From Selaginella moellendorffii (taxonomy: Eukaryota > Plantae > Lycopodiophyta), in contig NW_003314302.1 of assembly GCF_000143415.4 (NCBI RefSeq), positions 1,203,921 through 1,267,920 of the forward strand: 64,000 bases of DNA, given 5' to 3'. The notes below the pieces were generated by a model. It was not told where the DNA came from. It ran no database searches and saw only the letters and a program-made list of their open reading frames with translations. Within the stretch, counting starts at the first letter, position 1. Each line of letters opens with the position of its first letter. Shown here one piece after another: positions 40,490 through 50,742 of this stretch. The translations under genes and the position numbers were made by a program.

Positions 40490-40790
40490 CACAAGATAAT
40501 TCCACGGATTGCCTGTCTTTATTCCACATATTACTCTTAGTGATAAAATCCTTTTTAAGATGTCCCAAAGACAATTGCCAGTTTGTCTGAATTATTTCTT
40601 AATTATTTCTAAATCCCAAGTCCAAACTTTTGACCATGTTGGCATTTACCTACCCCAACCTATTTTCGCACATTATGCTCTCTCAAGGTGCAGATCATTT
40701 GAGCAACTTCATGTTCAAGTGCTCACAATCCTCCTTCAAGGCAATCTTATACTACATGATCAACACTTTTACACTGTGAAAATAGTCTAT
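40490..40790 (+). pseudogene. Helitron helicase C-terminal remnant
   Basis: VFIPHITL, RQLPVCL..IISKSQVQTFDHVGIYLPQPIFAH, YALSRC. Confidence 0.88.
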
Positions 40791-43277
40791 ACTAAACTTC
40801 TTAAATACATCTCACAATTGCAAATCCAACCATGATTCCACAAAGATATCTACTCAACCACCCTTGACTTGCAGTTGCAAGTTTTAAGTGCACACCACAG
40901 GACAATTAGCATTGAGTGGTATGCCATTTTGGTTATGGCAACATGCTGTCAAAGTTCTAATAGTAGAGGTAGATTTCTTATCTTGTTGCTTCCTGAGTGC
41001 AACTGTCATTGCAGTGTAATGGTTTCTGGCTCATCTCAGGAGGAATTTCTTGAGTGCCTGAAGGGGGCTTTGGAGCAAGTAGCAACAGCTGAGCCAAAGA
41101 TGGACTTGGAAGCAATCTTTTGCCTCTTTGTGTTCAGAATGAAGGAATGCAACTCAATACTGATTTGATTTGGCTTATGCAATGTTTATAGAGTTTGCAA
41201 ATTCCAGCATAGGAAATTTGGATGTGAGAAGTTTAGACAAAAATCAAGTATAGTAAGTGCATTACTATTTTATGATTATTGTGTGGCATGATGAGCATGT
41301 GAGCAATAACCACAACCAGCATGCCCGGGCTGGGGGAGGAAGGGTGAGCAACACCTGTTTGTTTGCATGGCCTAGGAGGGATAAAACTCTCCTTTTACTG
41401 CAGCTCCTCTCAGATGTGAAGTTTCCAAGGGAACTGGGAGAGGAGCAGCTGCTGACCAGACCACCCAGCACCAGAGATGGAGGCCTAGGAGATGCCACTT
41501 GAGCACAGGGATGTTCATGGTACACATGTGACCAGGTATGTGCTAAGCATGATAGCTTAGACCATTAAAGAATGAGCAGCTTGCTTGTACACTGGATTGA
41601 CATTGCTTGGTATTGTGAGCTGAAGCAATTTGCAAGTCTTATGGCTCTACTTTGCCTAGGCTTTTGTGCAACTCAGCTCAACATCCAGAAACTTTTCAGT
41701 GGGTCACAGCAGCACAAATGTATGTGCTTGTGCTAGGTATCCAAAACTTGGATGGTGGCTAGTAAAGGGAAGGATTGTGCCAGTCTCCCCCTGATGTCCT
41801 AGTAGAAGTGCATTCTTTACAATGTCTCTCCAGCTGAGATGATCTTGCACAATAGCAACTTTATGCATATGCTGTGTCTAAGGTCTTATCCATCCCTTTT
41901 GTGCTTAGGAAATCGATTGATCTAGTGTGCTGTTGGCACTCCGATTGTCATGCCCAATGCCAAGAGGATCATGTTGGGAATTACATTGAAGAACTACTTG
42001 AGTTTCTCTGCTGGCAGCGGAGGAGGGGAATTCATGGCTCACCTGCTCCTCAATGTGGCAAATCCACACAGTCATTAGGATGGTTAGTTTTTTACTTTCT
42101 CTACTAGGTGAATTCATGGGTGTAGAGATTGGGACACTGGATGCTGGGTGCTGGCTAAACTCTAACAATAGTTAATTGTGCTGCCCATGATGATGGGAAG
42201 TGTGGTATCAAAAGGTCTTGGGTTATCCAGGTGGCAATGCATGGTGCTCTTTCTAACCGAACCATGACAAATTGTACCCATGAGATGTGTATGTATGTCT
42301 CTAGTGCCATTAAGCTTTCTCCGGCCCAGATCAAAATCCAAAATTGATAGAGATTTACATTTTGTTTAACAATTTTCGTCAAGAGAGTTTTGCTGATTGA
42401 GGATAAGTCCATTGTCAGACTCAGATGATTGTCCTTCCAATCCTTCATGCAAAAGTATCTAGCAGCTCTTGAAAAGCTGTCCAAAGAAGTTTGCAATGAG
42501 AGAGGATGATATTGAGGATGCATCTACTTAGTTGTTTAGTAAGAGCTCTCCTGTATTAGTACTGATACAAAATTAAGTATAAAGCGATATTCTTTATTTT
42601 TAATGTATTTTATTGCTCCAAATATACATTAATAGCTTGTTAACGTGTTTGTTACTTTCACATTACACTTGCTTTTTAGAAATGTTAATATAATAAAGTA
42701 CTTGAAACAGCCAGTTTAAAATGTTTTAAATTGAATTCTATTTTCAATTTATCATTTACACCAGTTTTTATTCTAATAGCTAATTCAATGATTTAGTACA
42801 GGTGTATAATACAGCTAGACATAATTACTGTTACACAGTTAGAGCTATATTTTATTTATAATTCTTATTTTTTCATGTATCATAATTTTCATAATATTTT
42901 AATTGTACCCATCTCATTAGTATTTTTACTTTGTTTTTAATTCTTATTTTTAATGCTTATAATAAACTCTACCTAATATTATTATTTTTTAGGTCAAAAT
43001 TAACTTTTAGAAATTGATTGTAACAGCATTTAAATATATAATAAGAAAACTATATTCTATATAGATGGTCTATCTAGATATCTCTAAAATATATAGAACC
43101 CAAACACTAGGTGATGGTCAAGGTTGCTAATGCTCAAGTGGCTAAATCTGGGATGGCTTAGTTTTATGAGTGTGTAAGTCCATAATCAAAACTCCAATTA
43201 TCAACACTGAACACCAACAACTTTGTTCACAACACGGATAAGCTCATACCACTCTTTATTTGACCAAACTCAAAATA

Positions 43278-43377
43278 NNNNNNNNNNNNNNNNNNNNNNN
43301 NNNNNNNNNNNNNNNNNNNNNNNNNNNNNNNNNNNNNNNNNNNNNNNNNNNNNNNNNNNNNNNNNNNNNNNNNNNNN
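43278..43377. other. Assembly gap (100 N)
   Basis: Run of N. Confidence 1.
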
Positions 43378-43379
43378 AT

Positions 43380-45678
43380 TGTAAGGTTTGGAAATAGATG
43401 CATGTATGTATATATATATATATTACCCTACCTAAGTAATACACTTATTATAGTACTAAAGCATATGGACTGTCCATTTGGGATTGAATCTGGTCCATAT
43501 AGTCTTGTATAACCCCAATTAAGAAACTTATTCCTATATCTCGAGCATTCATATTAGTGGAGGTGAGGGGCATTGCAATTTGTCCTTGAAAAACAAAGCT
43601 TTTTAATAGTGCTTTACTATAGTGTTCAAGATTGTGCTTTTTGTTTTTATTTCTTCATTCTCTTTTAAATCTAGATCTATATTAGCTTTTTGCAAGATCT
43701 AAAATTTTAGCTATTGCTGTGCTTAGATTTGCTTTTTTTTATTTATCTTCATTGCATTCTTTTCTTATGCTATCATTGATCAAAGAGTATATCACTTAAG
43801 ATTGCTAATACTATTTTGTTGGAGCGAACTTTTAGTGCTGTAGGGTGTGATTATATTAGTGTTACACCTATCCTTAGTGTGTTGCCATCTCTAACTTTTA
43901 TGGGATGTGATTACACTACTTATTTTGTTCTTAGTGTTCTACTATCTCCCATTGATGTAGAGTGTGATCGTGATATTGATTGGTGAGCTATGGATAATGT
44001 AGTCCAATTCTTGTAGAATGTTCAAGAATCAAGTTTATGGAAAGACTATGTGTACAAGCTGGAGTGGATTCTAGAGTGTGATGATGAGTTTGATTATTAT
44101 GGAGATAACTTTAGAGATGAAGTGGAGATTTTATGGGATAGGTGTCAATCTTTCAATCTGCTATTTGATCCTTTTTCTTTCCCTTTTGCTCTTTCCCAAC
44201 TTTTTCTTATTTTTCAACTTGAGCCACCTTCTTATGTTCTTAGTATTTCTTCCTCATTTGCAATGTTTTCTTCTTTTGACACGTCAATCATTTATGACTC
44301 TCATGATACTCATTCTCAGTTCGGTGTTGAGTTGAGTGTTTTCTGTCCTCTTTATACTAATCTGGATGTTAAGTGTGTCCATGAAGTTGAGAATCTTACT
44401 TTTGTTTCATTGGCAAAATCTTTGATTAATTCTGGTATTGGGTATTCCTTTGTTCTAAGGGTTGAATCACTTTGGCTAGAGTTTCAGGTTGAATGCATGT
44501 CTCTATTTGTGAATGCTATTGAGAGTTTTTGTTTTTATCATTGTTACTGAGGAGTTTATGTATTCCCTTGAGAGTGTGGATGTTACTGTTGATTTTCCCA
44601 TCTCAAGTGTTGAGTTGTGTGTCAAGGAGGTTGAATGGTATGAATCTTTTGTTTATATTGTGGCGGTTAAAATATTTTTTCAAGCTTTAAGCATATGTCC
44701 TTATTTTGATTTCCCTATTTTTGTATTGCCAATTGTTGCAAATTCTTCTTTCAATGCGTTTTTATCCACTTTTTCTTCTTTCACAATTATTTTTCCTCAA
44801 TTTTTCTCATTTTCTCTTTTTTGCCCTAACACTTAAAAAAAAAATTTCTTCAGAGGAGGGGGTAGAAGGGATGGACGGGAGTTTGGCATAATGAATGAGG
44901 ACAAGTGAATATGGTAGTGGAGCGAGGACAAACAACATAAATTGTGGAATGAGGATAAACATAGCGACTCCAAATGGAACATTTAACCTCAACATAGTGA
45001 AGCCAAATGGATGTGATAGTGGAGTGAGGATGAGAGTAGTGAATCCAAATGGAGTTAGTGCTTCAAAACTTTTTTTCCTTCGAAGAGGGGATAAAGAGGA
45101 TGAATAGGGTGAGTTCGACCTCTTATGTGTAGTGCTGAACGAGGATGATGGTTTTACTTATGGTTTTAAATCCAAGTTAATGGTGGTCTTGGAGGATTAT
45201 CGACATATAAACTTAGAGTTGGGATGTATTGCTTGTTACAATGGTGTTTTATAGACTATAGTGACTCTCAAAGCCCTTTGCTTCGATTCAAAATTATGAT
45301 TGTATAGTTGATTTGAGCATTTGGGAACTATATCCAAAGTTGCAATTAGTTCACCAGGATTCCATAGTTGGTTGATACTTATATGATGGCTTTGGGTTTT
45401 ATTTCAGTCATGGTGGTTTTGTGAGGGTTTAAGATTCTTGTAGTAATTTATAATCAGCTGACAGAAGCTTTAAATGTTCCACTTTACTTATTATCATAAC
45501 ATTTTCATCTTTCAGAGGGGAGGATGGTGTAAGGTTTGTAAATACATATGTGTATATATATGTATTGCCATTAATTATAGTACTAAAGCATATAGACTGT
45601 CTAGGATTGAATCTGGTCCATCCATCCGCATATATAAGCACAATTAAGAAATCTATTCCTATATCTTGAGCACTTATA
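43380..45678 (+). mobile_element. Non-autonomous short-LTR element (F-like): LTRs 43380-43553 and 45528-45678
   Basis: LTR pair starting TGTAAGG; tRNA-Ala-like PBS tagtggaggtgagggg at 43555-43570; PPT agaggggaggatgg; T-rich interior without recognisable domains. Confidence 0.78.
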
Positions 45679-46060
45679 ATATCTAATATTTTTAATAATA
45701 AATAATTATTTTTACTTATGCCTAGGAATACATTAATATTCATATTATGAAGTTCACAAGAGTACATTAAGAGTACATTGATATTCACCTAGCATTTGCT
45801 AGGTAATACTAGTCTATATATGTGAACTAATGGCCCAGCCTCCCTCCCAGGCCTGGGCCATGGTCAGTTTGCCATAAAACTTTTATGGATGTTTGCTTTG
45901 GCCAATTAGAAATCTGTATAGCTTAGGTAACAATTGACTGGAGAGAAATATGTTCTCCTCTGCTTTTGCTCAATTTTTCTCAGAGCGGATAGCAACACAT
46001 GTCACATTATCCCTCCCTCTGATTTAGCAATTCATAGTGGACCTCCCTTGGTTCAGAGTG

Positions 46061-46330
46061 CTAGCATCGCAATGGGCAACTCTCCCAAGAGCTACTCCAC
46101 ATCTCCTGGAAAAACTTCAGGCCCTGCTCGACCCATTTCACAGCACTGCACCCCATGATAACTGAGAGGAACATAAATCCATCAAGCTCAAGGCCCTCCT
46201 CTAGCAGCTTGCCAAGGATCTCCACCACTTTTGCTGCATTGCCTTGCCTGCTATCAGTGTGTTCCACTAAACCTCATCCTTGGCACGGTAGAATTGAAGA
46301 TGTGGTGAGCAACAGCTATACTTCCACACT
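46061..46330 (-). pseudogene. PLS-class PPR gene fragment
   Basis: GNAAKVVEILGKLLEEGLELDGFMFLSVIMGCSAVKWVEQGLKFFQEM. Confidence 0.7.
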
Positions 46331-46404
46331 TGCTGTAGAATTGATGACACTGTTTGTGATGCTACTACACTCTTGCAGATCCCAGGATGGAATTCCTTCC
46401 GGTT

Positions 46405-46740
46405 TCCAGATCCAGAAGGCATTTATCTCAAAATCAACAACAAAGTCCTGGGGCTGGGAATGAGACTTGATTGAAGCACTCTGGACCTCCGAGCTAACAG
46501 TTCTCTTCTTTTTCACGAGCTAAAGTTCCTATGTAACAGATACTCAAAAGAAATCCCTGATGCTTACAAGCGATTGCTGCTGGATGCCATTGCTGGAGAG
46601 TGCTGTCTCTTCATCAGAAGCAGTGAACTGGACACGGCGTGGAAGAATTTCACTCCTCTTCTCAAAGATCTTAAGAGGAAGAAGATGGTGCCCGAGTTAT
46701 ACCCAAACGGAAGCCGGGGTCCCGTGGGATCTCACTATCG
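46405..46740 (+). pseudogene. G6PD: 3' fragment of the G6PDH pseudogene (duplicate of 4370-4725)
   Basis: [31 protein letters not shown]. Duplication continues colinearly from 4370-7460 to 46405-49748. Confidence 0.9.
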
Positions 46741-47669
46741 TGGGGCAATGTTTAGAAAAGTGCTAATTTTGAAATATTCAAATTTCCACGTGGACGCAAT
46801 GTAAAGACCACTTGCCAGACCAGCACGGCCGTTTGGCAATGGTGATAAATGCTAGGGCAAGGGGAGCTTTGATTGGAGGTTTTCTTGGAGAATTTTTCTT
46901 GTCATGGCATTAGATTAGTCAGAGGAAAGGTTGTTTCTTCAAAAGAGAAGCGAATGACACAGATGCCGACAACAAATGGCTACAGCAATTCTCACTGTTG
47001 CATAGCCATGACATGAGTATATAAGTCTTGGGAAAGGTTTCAGAGTCTGGATAGTGAACATTATACATTAGTGGAATATAGTGGAGTTAGTGGATATTCC
47101 CACAGGTTTTTACACAAGAGGTTCTTGACTGTTGTAGAAGTCAATAAGTTGTTTCAGGATTTGCTGACCAAGGTATAAAGTTCACAAGTGTATGTGCTTG
47201 ATGTCTTGATAAGTCCTCTTGCTCAAAAATTCTTGAATTGGTCAAATAAAGATGTAATGAAATAAATAAGGCTTTATTGCAGAAGTAGTACCATAAACAA
47301 AGTTGGGTTGCATCAAGATCTGGTACATCACTACTTAAAATAAGAGTAGAAGATGCAAGTACTTAGTTTGCTAAAATAGGCATTCATTGAATCTTCCCTG
47401 TTTTGATCATAAGGCATAATTTAAATTTTAACATTGTTAATTATGATGGTTTTTTTATGGTAAGAATAAGTGGAAATTTCTCTCAGCAAATATAAATATT
47501 TTTCTAACACACCTCCCAAACTTGAATTTATCTACAGAACTTTGTTATTATCTTGTTTTAGTTGCTTTCTCCCACATTAATAATGACATATATAAAAGCT
47601 AGTAGTGAAGAAGGAAAGCCACTCTAGAGTTTTGGATTGCCACTATCAGCAGTGTTATTACTTATATAA

Positions 47670-47800
47670 CTTGCACTTGACTATTAGCATATGTTAATGT
47701 TCAGGTGATCTTACAAAGAAGAAGATATTGTTCTATGAGGGACATCTTCCTCAAGTAAGAAAGAATGCATTTTTATTTTCTGTTCACATGGTTTATGTAC
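47670..47800 (+). pseudogene. G6PD: Decayed G6PDH exon remnant, duplicate of 5575-5700
   Basis: ggtgatcttacaaagaagaagatattgttctatgagggacatcttcctcaagtaag. Confidence 0.75.
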
Positions 47801-47891
47801 ACTAATTAGAACTTTTCTAAATAGTAAAATTCTCAAATTTCAAATTCTATATAAATACAAGTTCATGTTATAGATAATTCTCAGAAGTAAA

Positions 47892-48764
47892 TTATATGCA
47901 AGATTTATGATTAGCAGTATTAGATGCCCATAAAGGATCATTAGGAAATGTTAAAAAATAGATTACTAAATTACAATCATTTTGAATTCTTAAATATGAA
48001 GGTACCAAACACTTATTTTTACAATATTTTCTTGTTGACCATAATAATTTTGTATTATAATATAAAACTAAATTAGCTTGATTTTCTAAAATTAAAATAC
48101 AGTTAAATATTTTTGTTTCTATAGGCCTAACTCTCCAAATTTCTAAATTTTTGTAAAATAAAATTAAATGACAAGACAAAGTCAAATAGAGTATAACCTT
48201 AGAGTTTGGAGAAATTAAAAAGTTTTCAGAATAAAGAGCTGAACCATGATATAAATTACTATTAGTAAAATAGCAATTATCTAAATTTTTTATTGTAGTA
48301 TACTTTTCATAACTAAAATATAAAGAATTAGAATTAGAATTAGAATTATCTACTAAGGCATATCTTATATAATACTTAGGAGATTCATTCTCAAAATAGC
48401 TAGATAACTTTTCATTTAAAATAACTAAGTTTTTCTGAAGAATCTTTTCTAGCCCATATATAATATTGTTTCCTTTGATATCTTGTGTAGAACTAGAACA
48501 TGTTTCCTTACATTTTATAATTATTTCAATATTTCCTAGTGAAGTTAAAATAATTTTTGAATTTGAATAAGTTGCAGGATAAAACTTTCTTAAATGAATT
48601 TTTCCAATTAAATTCCATATCCCTTGAATAATTGTTCTCATGTATTCTGGTTGTAGAACACGAAGCTGTCCAAATTTAGGCTTAGCTGTATTAAGGAAAG
48701 TAAAATTTAAAGACAGAAGAATTATAATTAAACTTAAAAATTTAATATAGTTTTGAACATTCAT
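47892..48764 (-). CDS. Secreted 290-aa protein: signal peptide, unrecognised N-terminal region, C-terminal bulb-type (GNA/B-lectin) domain
   Basis: First ATG at 48764 (MNVQNYIKFLSLIIILLSLNFTFLNTA). Three lectin subdomains TLSCHLILF, ENQANLVLY and QNDCNLVIY (QxDxNxVxY), plus LWST and LWASNT. Intronless; two sampled 60-nt lines are 20-22% GC. Confidence 0.8.
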   Translation of the reverse strand: MNVQNYIKFLSLIIILLSLNFTFLNTAKPKFGQLRVLQPEYMRTIIQGIWNLIGKIHLRKFYPATYSNSKIILTSLGNIEIIIKCKETCSSSTQDIKGNNIIYGLEKILQKNLVILNEKLSSYFENESPKYYIRYALVDNSNSNSNSLYFSYEKYTTIKNLDNCYFTNSNLYHGSALYSENFLISPNSKVILYLTLSCHLILFYKNLEIWRVRPIETKIFNCILILENQANLVLYYNTKLLWSTRKYCKNKCLVPSYLRIQNDCNLVIYFLTFPNDPLWASNTANHKSCI

Positions 48765-48831
48765 TATTTTTATTTTAAAGTAAATCTGTAAATAAAAAGT
48801 TTTGAATAAAATAAAATTTATATAAATCAAT

Positions 48832-48947
48832 GACTTAGTTTATATACAAAAGCAAGTAGTCTAGATTGAAACCAATTCGATGGCTACCAAAATCCCACTA
48901 TATTAATATTGGTATATGGCATTGTAACCATACACTTGAGTCTCACA
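48832..48947 (-). promoter_or_regulatory. Family F LTR 5' fragment with TATA box, upstream of and in the same sense as the lectin gene
   Basis: Reverse complement tgtgagactcaagtgtatgg...ttttggtagccatc..ttggtttcaat...tatataaactaag matches 926-1040; absent from copy 2 near 6680. Confidence 0.7.
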
Positions 48948-50602
48948 AAGCTTTATATTTTAATGGATGACAACTTCCAAGGTTATTTAGCCATAAATAT
49001 ATGATAAAATATATCAACAAAATAATAATAAATTTATTCTCTTTGTAATTACGACAAATAATAAAATAAATTTAATTTAAATTTTTGTTTGCTTAAGCGT
49101 GTCTGAAGTGGTAATGAATATACCTAGAATATACTTTGATATTCTATAATATTTTCCCATTTAATGATTGTTATTCATTTAGCTTAATCCTGTATTAATA
49201 TGATAAACCATTTTAAACACTTTGTAGTATATTCTAGTTTCTTCTACCATTTAATAAAGCACTTGAAGACCTCAACTATCTACTGAGATAACTTGCATAA
49301 CAGCCACCACAAGCCAATTGCTATGCAAGTTAAGCTCTTGTAGAGAGATGGCACTAATAGGGCTCAATTTGAGGAGTTGGCTTAAGTCATTGATAAGTCA
49401 ATCACTTGTCTCTTTGATTCACTAGAGATGGAAGTGTGGGGCCACTTTGTTGGCTTCCATCTAACAAACTCTCAAGTACAATCATTAATCAAACATCCAA
49501 ACCAATTGACCAAATAATATAGTCTTCAATACTGGCACTTTGAGTCAAGGATGATAACAACCTCAAAACTTTTACTCACTACTAATAATTTGAGGTGGCC
49601 GTGGAATATAAGTGGGATAAAAAAGTGCATAATAATATTCTAATGAAGAAATATAGAATATCAAAAGCAATCCCATGAATGGTGGAAGATTGAGTTACCC
49701 TAAAGGTGTGAAAGAGCATAAGAAAAGACTCAATACAAATAACTAAACAAAATGACATGAAAAATGATTTGTAAAGGTTTAAATATAAAGGGAAAAAACC
49801 CATGAATAAATGTTTTTCAAAATAGTGAAGGGTCTTGAGATACTTGGGGTTAAATGTCTTTATGTTTGAGTAATACTAACATCTAGAAAAGTCTAAGTTT
49901 AAAAGATTATATTTGGTATTAAAAGGGGGTTTGAGTCCAGACCATATGTTAAAATTAATATTTGGTAATCTAGTTTGGTTTGGTTAGGGTTGACTTGAGG
50001 GGTAAGGTGTCAAGAGAGCGAGGCTTTCAAGAAAGTTATGACTCTTAACTTCAATTCATGAGGGTATAAACTTGCAAGGAAGTATTGTGAATTATAAACA
50101 ACTAAAATGAATAACTCAAAAAATGATCTATAAAGATTTAAATATAAAGGGAAATAGCTCATAAACAAAAGATCCCCCTTTTCTAAATTAATAAGGTATA
50201 CTTGGAATACTTAAGGTAATTAATAATAGTAATCAACATCTTTAGCATAAGAAATGTGATGATAAACTTCCTTATCTAGTAATTTGAATAAACTTATGAT
50301 GAGAAACATACTTCCAAAAGTTAACATCTCAACAATCATCAAGTATATGCTTCTATACTTCACTTGGCATAGGATTTTGAGATAGTGAAGTATGAGAAAT
50401 AATAAAAGAGGCTAAGGGAATAATATATTTGGGGTAAACTTTTAGATTTGGACTTTCCAAGAGCCCAATATTACTGAAACCCAAAGACACTTAACCATAA
50501 ATACCCCAAGACTTTTAACCAATTAGAAAAGGGGGTGCACTCTTATTCATAAACCTTATAAATCATTTCTCAAATTATTCTCTTTGGTTACTTACACCCA
50601 AA

Positions 50603-50742
50603 TGGCCCATTGGCAAAGAGTTAATGCCAACCTAGAGAGTATTAAACTAACTAGGATCAGAATTATGTACCTGGGCAGCCCATTGGGCAAGGAGTCAATG
50701 CTAACCTAGAGAGCATTAAAGCAACTAGGATCGGAATTATGC
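50603..50742. repeat. Two-copy tandem repeat of about 73 bp
   Basis: gcccattgg...aacctagagag...aactaggatc.gaattatg occurs twice. Confidence 0.7.

Larger units (their letters stand above)
38015..45812 (+). mobile_element. Decayed Helitron with captured fragments (spans an assembly gap, so continuity is uncertain)
   Basis: 5' end A|TCTATATATCTATATATATAAAG; 3' hairpin acctagca-tt-tgctaggt (45787-45804) then CTAG|T; Pif1-type helicase remnants inside. Confidence 0.6.

Noticed and set aside
40869-42523. Short ORFs inside the Helitron
   Set aside because: Probably captured gene scraps, but no family recognised.
44050-44836. Hydrophobic ORFs as an env-like gene
   Set aside because: Explained by T-rich composition; overlapping frames and no recognisable domain.
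48765-48830. 22-aa N-terminal extension of the lectin in the ORF track
   Set aside because: Starts at a non-ATG codon; the first ATG at 48764 precedes the signal peptide.
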